From NCBI GenBank assembly GCA_964187785.1, contig OZ076415.1, positions 56,544,001 through 56,608,000 of the forward strand: DNA of 64,000 nt. Direction: 5' to 3'. The position numbers were made by a program, and so were the translations under genes. The notes under the pieces are model-generated. The model was not told where the DNA came from. It saw nothing but the letters and a program-made list of their open reading frames with translations, and searched no databases. Source of the DNA: Amphiscolops sp. MND2022 (lineage: Eukaryota). Below are positions 24,796 to 35,779 of the stretch, one piece after another; within the stretch, counting starts at the first letter, position 1, and every line of letters starts with the position of its first letter.

Positions 24796-27018
24796 TCAGA
24801 GAGGGAGGGTTGTATATCGTGGATCATCATTTGGATGTCGTGTAAGAAGGCAACGACCCTGCCAACGGAAGTTGGGGTCGTTTTGTATAACATTCATGTG
24901 CTCTGTCGGGACAGATAGCACGGGTTTCAATGGTATTTTATGCGTCGTTTTATCTTTATCTTTGTAAACGTATTTGAATGGCATGAATTTATGTAGATTG
25001 TTACAACGATGAAAAATATACATGAATAACAAGTGTACCAACATAGAGATTATAAAACTTGCTATGCCCATTATTAGCCTAAGGGTTGTTGTAAAAGGAG
25101 TGACGTGGCTAAGTTCTCGTCGAAAAGGGTTTTTTAAAGCAGTCATTTGCATGACAATTGGTTCAGCGAGTTTCTGAAGCGCTTCTCGATCTTGGAGGGA
25201 TGTTGGAGGGATGTATTTTAATTCCTTTTTCAGGGAACGTAAAAATGCCAGGTTTGCTGAAGATTTGGTGCTGAAGGATGGAAGTTCGTCAATTGAAGGA
25301 AGAACACTCAGCACATTATGGAGAGGATCGGGAAGATCCACATGGATTTTGATTGAGGGCACACGCGAACAAGATTACAAATCAGAGCGGATGAAGATAT
25401 TGGGTCCACGCAGTTGGTGACCACATGGTAACGTATAGATACAAATTCGACATCCTGGGTATGTTCGTGTGGACAAGTGAGCGGTGTCATTACTGGCTGA
25501 TTCACGGAGTTCAAAGTCAGCATCAGCGGAGAGTATTAGCCATATGCCAAATTTAAGGTTAATCGCTCTCTCAATGATGGGCAACTGGTAAGGTATCAAG
25601 TCACAGACTTTCATAGCCTTGACAAGATTGCCAAAGAAAAGAAGAGACAGGCATGAAGAACCTGAACCTTCAGTTGCAAATCCTTGTTGGCAAATACTGT
25701 AACGGGACGACCCTATGCATTGGTCCAATTGTTAACGAGACACACTGGCAGTCTCGCGACCATCTTCAGAGACGGCGAGAAAATCTGCATTTGTATCCCA
25801 TATCATTGCCATGTCATCGTCATGTTGGGGCATGGGCAGAGGTATAGCTTCATATGTCGTGAGGACCGTCTGACGCGAAGCCAAAGGTATAGACATTGTT
25901 ATGAGTAGTCCTTCAGGCAAAGCGACAATGTCTTGTAGGAGCTGAGATTCGTAATATGACAATGTCTCCTGAAAAGGAATTGCCAAAGTGAGACGGTCTC
26001 GGGCTTTATTTTGGATATTCTGTACAATCGTGAGGACTTTTTCCAGTGACGGGCGGTCGAGAAGTGACATCGGTACAAACTTGTTCAAGAGAGCCGGAAG
26101 GCTGTTCAAGAGGTTGAGGCGATACGCGAACAGCGCAGCACGATATGATTTCACATTCGAATAAAAGAGAGAAAGAAGTGACGCCACGGTATCAAAATTG
26201 AAGTTCATCTGTTGACGAGTAAACAACAGCTGATCACAGTTTCTCATTCTGTGAATATCATCTTGAAAGGCTTCAAATTGAGCGGTTATCGTCTGCCAGT
26301 TGGCATTCTGGATGTCAACCATCTGCTGTTGAAGGTCTCTAATCGCTTGTAATTCTTTGCCTACAACAAAGAATTTCTCATTCGTAGAGGATTGAATATG
26401 TTGCAGATTCTCAGCAAGCGATTCTGTCATCTGAAACATGCGATTGATAGCATCAGAATTCTCCCGGGATTGACAGGTGCCGAAGATACCTGACAAACCA
26501 CAATCGCCAGAGCCCATGGCAATACCGGTGCCAAAAAGTCCAATTGCTCCAACAGCGGCTGCTGCTAGAGGCAGGGCTCTGCGTGGGCGATCAGCTTGTG
26601 GGGTGCTGGGAGATGGAGGCGGCAAAAAGGCAGCGATTTCGTGTTGGAGAACCAAGAGGGCTTGTTCAGAAGCAGTGACTTCTTTTTGTACTTCGGAAAG
26701 AAGCCAGTTGATATCAAATCCTTGCATTGATGTATTAGTGAAATTCAAATAACAGTTGAAGGTGGGCATGTTCCACATGGAGTCCAAGATAGTGAGAAGA
26801 TGCTTGAGATCAGATTTGATGGAGACGTCGAACTGAGGGAAGGGAAGGAGAAATTCCACATTAATAAACTTTTCAGCAAGCAATATTTTTTTGTTCTCAT
26901 GGAAGATGATGCCTTTTTTCAAAGGACCATCTGAATCGTCGAAAGCAGCAATCGGCGATTGAGTGATGCCCAAATATGGAAAGAAGAGAAACAAAAGGAA
27001 TATGCAAATCCCAATCAT
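24796..27018 (-). pseudogene. env: Envelope glycoprotein, class I F-type fusion protein, 740 codons with two in-frame stops (25732-25734, 25375-25377)
   Basis: Signal peptide MIGICIFLLFLFFPYLGITQS; furin-like site RPRR followed by fusion peptide ALPLAAAAVGAIGLFGTGIAMG; heptad-rich helices; Cys-rich ectodomain; TM LIMGIASFIISMLVHLLFMYIF. ORFs 27030-25732, 25728-25375 and 25362-24796 share one frame. Splice acceptor ttttgccctgcag lies just before the ATG. Confidence 0.88.
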
Positions 27019-27487
27019 TCTGCAGGGCAAAATACGATGGGACGGTGATCTTGATATTTATTGGTATGTGGAGAACTTTGATTTGTAACAATATGATATT
27101 TCGAATAGAAAGAGCAAGTTTGTGAAAAGAAAATATCAAAGTTGAAATTCTTTTGTTCGAGTAGGTGGTGTGATCACAAGAAAGATTCAAAAGTCGAATG
27201 ATCGAACAAAAATGGAAATAGTACGATAGGAGTGTGAACAAATGCGTAGTTTGCTATTTAAACAGGATATTTGAGAAGTTTTATCGAATCTTCGAGAAGT
27301 AAGACCAAGTTTCGTATTGGAGTGTGTGAATTATTCGTTTAATAACTAGTCGTCTTGTTTGAGTCTCATTGTTTCTACTTTGTTGATCATCAACAATTTT
27401 ACCAACTAAATCTTCAGTCTACTGCTAATATCTAACGTAAGTCTATCATGTTTATTCGAGTGCTTCAGAGTCAAGTTTTTGTCAAAA

Positions 27488-27787
27488 ATGAATTGCCCAA
27501 AGGCAAGTTTCGAGGGTTTCACCCTGTGGTGTTGTCCGGAGGGGACCTATGCCGCAAGAGGGGGTCGACTCCTCTCCTTTAGTAAGAATCCCCATCCCGA
27601 GTGTGCCCCGCCAGTCGCGACAATGACAGAGGACACAGGGGAAAGTTCTGTCGGTTTGTGGGTGAGTCTGACGTTGTCAGTACTCCTCGCTGTTTTTGTC
27701 TTTTTGTGTTGCCGGGCATGCCGAAAGCAACAAGAGTTTGAAGTAGAAGAAGAAAGAAATACAAAGAGAAAAAAGAGTGGCCTATAA
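27488..27787 (+). CDS. 99-aa single-pass membrane protein (FAST-like layout), antisense accessory ORF of the provirus
   Basis: Intact ORF: Cys-containing N-terminal segment, TM VGLWVSLTLSVLLAVFVFL, CC motif, basic RACRK and KRKK. Upstream candidate 32-nt UTR intron gtaagt...cttcag (27437-27468). Confidence 0.65.
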   Translation: MNCPKASFEGFTLWCCPEGTYAARGGRLLSFSKNPHPECAPPVATMTEDTGESSVGLWVSLTLSVLLAVFVFLCCRACRKQQEFEVEEERNTKRKKSGL

Positions 27788-28251
27788 AAGAAAAGAAAAA
27801 TAAGAAAAAATCAGTTGGCTCAAGAGCTAAAAAAGAATTCGAGCGAAAACAAAAAGAAAGAAAAATGAAGAAGAAGAACTAGAAGGTAGAAGAAAAGAGA
27901 AGAAACAGAGAAAAAAAAGAAAAAAAACCAAAAAAAATGAAACTGTAGATACAAACAAAACGGAGAAGAAAAAAAAAGGAAGAAAAAAGAAAAAAAAGGA
28001 AAGTGAAACAGAAAGAAATTGTGTGTTTGTAAAACTAGATATCGGTACTATATTTATGTAAAGTGTGCTGATACATAAGTACATAGAAAAAGAGGAATAG
28101 AAAAATAGAGGCCAGAAAAAAAAGAAAAAGCAAACAAAAAAATCATAGTAAAGAAAGTAAAAATGAAAAGAGAGAGAAAAGAGAATTTTGGCTGCAACAT
28201 CTTTTGTATATGTCGAACAGTTGAAGTGAGAAGTGAGTAGCAGTGAACAGA

Positions 28252-29586
28252 ATGGTAGTTGGGTATGGTCTAACAAAATCGTTGGTTTTTATTTCAGATT
28301 ATCATCATGGAACGATTTTTACACGAAGCGATCTGAAGGAAGGAGTGCTCGATACGTCAGTTCTAAAGACGTCGGAGAAGAGAGAGAACTTCAAGAAGGT
28401 GTGTCGCAGTCTGAAGGTGGAGAATGGTGTGCTTATGTACAAGGGGAGAAGAAACCAGTTCTTGCCAGTTCCAAATCCTGAACAGGTGGACAATCTACTG
28501 TACAAAGTGCACATCAAGAAATGGAAGGAAGGCGAGAGTGATGTCGGAAAGAAGCACTACCGGGGGGTACAGCTTCACATCGACGCTTTATCTGACGCCG
28601 GGTGGGCTTATCCAGCATCACTAGGAGGCCTGAAGGCGCTAGCAGAGGAGTAATTAATGTTTGACATTATTGTTATATGTATATATAGTAGGCAGTGTCC
28701 TTCTTGAAATGTAATGTGTGCAATATGCCAAAAAGAAATAGGTATATGAAAGAAAACGTAGAGTATACATGTAGAAGTGTTAACAGGTTCTTGCATAATT
28801 GCCAAACCTGCTATTTCGAGAGCGAAGAAGGAAAGCGGACACAGTGGTATCTGCCTGTGTCGTTGAAGCGGAGAGTCGAACTTTGCGAAAAGTTCGGCTT
28901 TACATGTGTCTGGGAACCGATCAGTGGGATAGAGACCACTACTTCAGCAATGGTTTTGGATGCTCCAAAACGGAAGGAGCCATTGGGCGAGCTAGCTGAA
29001 GTAGGAGGCGAGTGCTTCTTCTCCAGTATATACTATTTACTGGTCGGGCGGAAATCAGGTATTTAAGGCGATATCTGTGTAAAAATAAAAAAAAAAGGTT
29101 ATATCGAAATAATCTTTGTATATAGAACGTAAGAACAGTGCACCGAGTCGGAAGTGCAAGGGGCTACGTGTGGCAGCTACTGAGGCAATGCAGACTGCCG
29201 AATTCAAAGAGTACTGCCGCACTTGTCTGGGCACGGCTCCGAACGATTTCCTAGCACAGGAGTGTGCAAAAGTGACTGCAAGCATTTCCGAAGCAGCAGT
29301 AAGGGGCTGGTATTTGCCTGGTAATATGAATAGTCACTCTAGGAAAACGATGGGCTGTTAGAAAACAAGAGAGTACTTTCAGATCTTAGCGACTGCCTGG
29401 GTACTGCAGACGGACCTCAATGTGTACTGGCAGTATTGGAATATGGGCGGCTGGATCCGGTACAAATACGGACCAGAAAGCAATGGGCGAGGAGGCAGCT
29501 TCTTGTGCCAAGCCATCCAGGGCGGTGAGAGGTTCAGAACTCGCTTTCATTGCGAACCGTTGCCCGATTTTCCAGAGCCAGAGTAA
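28252..29586 (+). CDS. Spliced antisense accessory gene, HHCC-like zinc module plus OTU-like cysteine protease, ~380 aa: join 28252-28650, 28692-29058, 29126-29298, 29383-29586
   Basis: Introns 2 (29059-29125) and 3 (29299-29382) are GT-AG and phase-consistent. They join EVGGECFFSSIYYLLVGRKSE...LRVAATEAM to EAAILATAWVLQTDLNVY...RFHCEPL, the OTU Cys and His motifs. Intron 1 needs a one-base correction; the start codon is uncertain. Confidence 0.75.
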
Positions 29587-30526
29587 GTAATAACTAAATT
29601 ACATAGAGAATCAGTAAGCAATCCAAGGGTATTTTGTGAAAATAAGCATATTATTATTAGGTTACGAACATCAGTGAGGGTACGAGGGCCTGTAGTGGAT
29701 CCCTGGGAGGAGGAGGGAGAACAGGGAGCCTGTGGGAGTAGTTCTGCACAACCGTAGAGGTTAGAAAATACACATTTATTGTGAAAAAAACTAAAAAGGT
29801 CAAAAAAGAGCAAGTTCTTTACATGTTTTTTGGGTGAAAAACCTGGAAAGGTTCTAGGCAATGGGTGTATTTATGCAGAGGGATATCGTATAGAGCTATT
29901 AGAGGGGTTTTGCAACCATTCCGGGCGCAAAAATGATAGAAAAAGACATAAAATTGTCGAAAAATGCAATATGTGATAGGAAGGCCAAAAAGTCCCCCAG
30001 AAAAACTTTTAAATTTTTTTTTCGATTTTTCCAATTTTTTTGCTTAGATCGAAAGTTTGGGGTAAAAAACTGGGTTCACCGATATTCCGGGGTCAAAATT
30101 TCGAAAATTCAGTTTTTCATGGGTCTTTGAAAGTCGCATTTTTCAGGGGTCAAAAAAAGTACAACTTTTTCTGAAAAACGGTTATCTAAAAGTGGTTAGT
30201 TGGGAACCCAAGCACGTGTAAATATCACCTAGGTGGCGCTAGGAATCCCATGGTGAGAATGGGGTACCATATGGGTATATAGAAGAGGACTATGATACAT
30301 TTTTTGTCAAAAAACGGTCGAAAAATAGCGATTTTTCGAAAAAATTCAAAATTTTCGTCGAAAAAAATCTATGAAAGGAGGGTAATGCGGAGTGCTAGGT
30401 GGGTTAAATGGAAGCTGGGGAGAAGCCAAAAGGTAGTAGGAAGTGAAAAAAAAGTAGTTGGGAAAATAGAGATTTTTTCCAGAATCATAGAAAAAATGAT
30501 ACAAAAAATGAGAAAAAAGAATGATT

Positions 30527-33500
30527 TCATTTCCAAGGTTTGGAATGAAAAAAGGATGTACGGCTCGGTTTGGGTCGTAAACGGGTGTCACGACGATTAG
30601 ATGAAGCGGTGGTGGTGATCGTAACAGTGGATGGGGTATTAGGCGTATGCGTGTTACGAAAACCAGTAGTTGGAACAGTGTGATTTCGAATAAAGGCAGC
30701 TAGATCTGTGGTATGTAACACAGGAGTGGTTGATGGGCGGTATACCGGAATGCCTTGTGAAAAAGGAGAAGTGGTAGGGGGGTTTATTGTCGTAGAGGGT
30801 GGGGTGGTAAGGGTAGGAGTAGTAGGACGCGGAATGCGTGATGAGGGTGGGCGAATATAATATGGTTTAGCATTAGGGTGACTTGGATATGTGGGAGTAT
30901 TATAAAGGTCAAATAGAGGTGTTACGTTCGATCGAGGATTAGTAGAAGGTGGCGAGGCAATGGCTCGTGCTCGATTTACAAGCGTTTCTGAAAATCCTGA
31001 AAACGAAGAGGATGAGGAACTCTCATGACCGGGTGTATATATCGGTATACGTTCAGAATGGTGAGAGTCCAAACCTGATGGTTCCAAGTCCAAGGTTGGC
31101 ATTGGTTTATGGGTTAAACCAGGAGGGCTAGGAAAATGGGAAGGTGAGGTATGACTCGAAATAGGGGTAGAATGCATTAAAGGTGGGTGACGAGGAGAAG
31201 AGGTAATAGTCGTTACTATACCAGAAGTCGGCTGTGCGACAGTAAAAATATCGTCAGAAGTGAATGTTGTATCTGGGGTGGGAAAAAACGTAGAATGGGG
31301 CATATTTACTGATGAAAATGGTATTCCTGAGAAGGAGGAAGCGAGAAATGAACGGTGGTGTTGATCTTGAAGAGGTACAGTCGAGGGATCAAGCCGAGCT
31401 TGATAAAAAACAGGTGGGAGATCAACATGATGTTCTGCTTGTGGGAAGTCACGGTCAGGGAGGACTTCAGGTTGAGGTAAGGCATGTGAAGGCTGCGGTA
31501 GACCCAAAGGGAGTACCAGGAGAGCCTGCGGTGCCGGTGGGGCCGGTTGTGGCGCCAGTGGCACACGGCGTGGAACAATGAAATACGACGGCAGGCGTAT
31601 CATCAACTTCGTCCGCCGTGGTAAAGGTTCGATCAGTCAAGAGGTCTGGAAGAGCCTGGTCAAAAAGAGCAGGTTCTGAGACATGTCGGGTAGATGGGTC
31701 AGGAACAAAATTAGACTGGCTAACATTATCAAGGTCTTCGACTGTATATTGTGGGGTGATTGGACGAAGTCGAATTCGGTGTACACATTGGGTGTAATTG
31801 GTGCCTACCTTTCGAACGATGTAATTTGAGTTCGTTAGTACAGATTCAACTCTGTACAGAGGGAGCCATTTAGTTAGGGATTTTCCCATATGGTCATTGG
31901 TATTGGAAAGTTTCGGATTTAAAAGTAAACAAAAGGCATGTTTTTTCAAAGAGGCAGCTGACGCTTTTGTCGTAAAAATGCCGATATTTGTTATAGGCGG
32001 TAATTGTAGCATCACGTGCTAGAGAAAACACTTCGTTCATTTTATCTTGGAGAGTACTTGTAAATTCATAACGTGTTTCAAGAGTTTGTAGTAGTTTATT
32101 GTCAAACCGTAGATCAAGTTGTGAATGTGGTTGTCGACCATGAAATAAAAATGTTGGAGTGCATCCAATTGATGCATGGTTTGCCGTATTATGTACAAAC
32201 ACGACGAGATCTACGTATAGGTGCCAATCACGTTTAATCTTGTTTTCATATATGCCAAGATATTGTTTAAGAGACGCATGAGAGCGCTCGACGGACCCTA
32301 CAGTTTGTGGGTGTTTGACAGTGGCATATTCCAGTTTGATTTCGAGTAAGCGACTCAGTTCAGTCATGACACGGGAAGTGAATGCTGTTCCCATGTCTGA
32401 AAGAACAACTTTTGGTATATAGGCGGATCTCATAAAAATGTGAGATAACTGTTTTGCAACATTCGGGGCGCTAGCGTTGCGCAGAAGAGTCGCAAAAAGA
32501 TATTTACTAAAGGTGTCTTTAGCTGTGAGAATGTGCGTATACCCAGTGGAATCTGGTAGTTTACCTACGAGATCTACTTGAAGCATATCACCTGGGTAGT
32601 ATTTGTCAGTCGCAAGGGACAAAAGTGGTGTTTTCAACGTTTGGTGTTTAACGGATTTGATTTGGAGACAAGAGCTACAGTTTTTTACGTAGTTAGCTAA
32701 AAATTCGACAAAACCAGGGAAATAAAAATGTTTACGAAAGAGTTCTGCTGTTTTAGCAATGCCTGGGTGGCCTGCAAACTTGCTATTATGTACTCGATAG
32801 AGAACTTCATTTCGCAAATGTTTGGGTACAACATATTGGCGAATAAAATTTCTGCCAGTATCATCAAAAAATTTACGATATAAGATACCATGGTGGTTTT
32901 CTAATCGGTCAAAATGTTTGAGATACTTCCGAAGTTCTGTGCTCATGTAAGGAAAATCAGAAGGCGGGCCTGTTTCTAACCATGATAATACTAGTCTAAT
33001 AGTGTTATCTTTCTGTTGTTCCGCACGCAAATTTACGGGTGTTAGTTTATCAGTAAGGTCCAAATCATCCAAAGGGTTTGGAGAATGGAGGGCGTTAATT
33101 TCGGGAAAAGAGTCACGAAGACTTTTCGAAAGATGGAACGTTTCACAGTCAAATTTGAAAGAATTTACAGAGTTATCAGGGACCTGCATGCCCATATGGA
33201 GGTGGACATCAGCTACAGGTATTTTAGAATTAAAGCGGAGTTCGAGTTTAGTGTGTGGTTGGATATGAATTCTAGACAGATAATCTGCCGCTGCATTTGC
33301 TTTTCCTGGTATATGACCAAGGACAAAATTATAATTCAAAACGTGATCCACACACGTCCAAAGACTTGACGGGATTGTTTTAGCTTGGAAAAATCTAGTT
33401 AGACTTTTATTATCGGTAAGAACTAACACTGGTTTAGAACTTCCCCATAAAATGTGTGCAAACGTGTCAAATGCAAAGTGCACGGCTAAAAATTCCTTAG

Positions 33501-35779
33501 CATAAATGGACAGCTTTAAATAGGTTTGGGGTGAAGATCTTAGAACCAAACGAGACTGGTACATAAGTCTTGTGAGTTTTGCCTGTTTGATCAATGGAAT
33601 AGTCTTCAATTAAGAGGACATATCCAGCTGCGTAGAAACTAGCATCAGTCAAGATTACATACTGTGCATCTGGTTTAGGGAGACGAAGCGACATTTGACA
33701 TGCTTGTTCAAGATCTTTTCGTAAAGTAGTGATACTTTTTTGGTGTTCTTCTGTTAAAACGATGTCTGATTTTTTTCGTAGCAATTGAGAGAAGGGTAGC
33801 AGTTTTTCACCAAGTTTGGGAATAAATGAACGAAAATACTGGAAAAAACCAATAAATCTTCGAATCTGCCTTACGGTTTTAGGAGGTTTCAGAGTGGCTA
33901 AAAAATCTGTTACTTTCGTTTTATTGGGAGACATTCCTTCGCTTGTAATCGTATTTCCCAAAAATTTCATTTCTTTTAGACCAAATTCGCATTTACTGGG
34001 TGTAAGTCTTAGACCTGTCTTTTGTACACATTGAAAGATGGCTTCTAAGTTGACAATAAATTCTTCAAAAGTTTTGGCTGCAGTGCCTAGATCATCAACA
34101 TATTGAAAGCACTGGTCGGCAACTATACAGGGGTATAGGTATTTTCGCATGAAAGAACTAAAGGCGCTAACTGAGCGGCTTAGTCCTTGAGCTAAGCGCA
34201 AATATGCGAATGTCCTTGAAAGAAAATTGAATGCCAGCAGTTGCACTGACAGTGGGTCGGCCATTTGCAGGACATGATACGCTTGACTGCAATCCAATTT
34301 AGCAAAATATTTCTTACCTGCGAGATGCGCATTTACATCTGCCAATGTTGCTATAGGGAAATTGTGATTATCGTAATCATGCCTGATTAAATGATTGATT
34401 CGTCTGAGGTCTACTAAAATTCGCAATTTACCCGAGGGTTTACGGACGGCAAAATTGGACTTGAGTACTTAGAGTACGTCAAGGTTGTTATCACTCCCCA
34501 ATATTGCAAAAGTGCCAATTCCACTAGAACTTCATCGCGGTAGTGAATCGGGGTCGGTGGACCTTGGGTATACATCGGCTTGTCATTTTCAGGAGTAAGT
34601 TTCACTTTAAATTCTTCATTTGCTCCAATGTCTAAGCGATGTCTTGCGAAAATTTGGTGATATTTTAAAAGTAACGTTTCAACAATGTTAATCTGTTCGG
34701 CGTTAAAAACAGTTTTCCCACGTAAATTGTGATAGAAATTTCTTTCGGTCTTCTAATTTTTTGTCTGGGTCTAGTTTTTCGCGTGCTTTTAGAGCAACGA
34801 TCTCGTCATAAATTCTTTTGTGAATTCCTGTGAGGTTTTCTGGGTCTTTGCAATTTTCCGGTGTAGGAAACCAAAACTCATCTGTTGATGGGTATACTTT
34901 GGTTTCAGAGTCTTCAATGAGACCATTAATGCTTTTAGTTCAATGGTCAAAGAAAAGTTCAGGATTGATAGGATGCAAGTACTGAGCTTGCTTGGCTGTC
35001 AAGATTGTTACTTTTGCAACAGGAACATTTTTTGTAACTGTTACTTTGTATGGCAAAATATTAAGTATCCCAAGGGAAACTTGTTTTTGGTTATTCAGTT
35101 TGACAATTGCGCTGGTGACGCAAAGTCCTGTTTGTTTTTCAAACCGCGGATTCGGTTCTACAATAGCTACTGTTCCTTCAGGAAAGGATTCAGCGGAAAG
35201 AGAACAAGTGATTATTTCGGATGTATTCGGTTGTACCGAATAGTTTTGGATAGAGTGTAAGAAAAGATTTTTCTTTGGAGTAAGCGAACTTACTTTTCCG
35301 TCTTTATGTATCCGTTCGGTCAATTGTAAAGTCATATTGGGTAGTTTAAGCGTTCTTGTTTTCGGGTGGATAGAAATATCATTTTTCTCGAAAAATGGTA
35401 ATCCCAAAATTGTCTGGTTCATGGTTTGCATTAGAATAAAAGTTTCAGTGAAAGATTCACCTGCAATTTTAAAAGAAGCTCGAAAAGTACCATAGGTGGT
35501 TACAGAGTCACCATTTGCCACTTTTACAGAGCTAGTTGCTGGATTATAGTTTGTTATAGCTTTTGGACAAAGACGTTGAAGTTTTTGGAATATGGTTATG
35601 GGCATGGCGCTTGAGAAAGCACCTGTATCAATTAAAGCTTTGACTGGAAAAGAAAAATTAAGTGGTACAGAGAAAAGTGAAGTGCGAGGCTTTGAGGAAA
35701 GGATGTTTATAGATGAAGAAGAGTTAGTCATATTAGTAGATAAAGAAGGAGAAATATGGGCAATGTGTGGCTTACTTAG
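30527..35779 (-). pseudogene. pol: pol: protease, dUTPase-like insert, RT, RNase H, integrase, long Pro/Ser/Thr-rich tail; several frameshifts
   Basis: PR ALIDTGAF; RT LVDLRRIN, KLDCSQAY, YVDDL; RH LTDASFYAAG, YAKEFLAVHFA, LTDNKSL; INT HNSKFAGHPG...CSSC, QVDLVG, LSDMGTAF, VERSH. Confidence 0.93.

Noticed and set aside
27827-28276. 149-aa Phe-rich ORF on the minus strand
   Set aside because: Artefact of the A-rich tract read as poly-T codons.
29547-30600. Several 65-105 aa ORFs between the OTU gene and the pol end
   Set aside because: Lys- or Phe-biased translations reflecting base skew, no motifs; treated as non-coding spacer.
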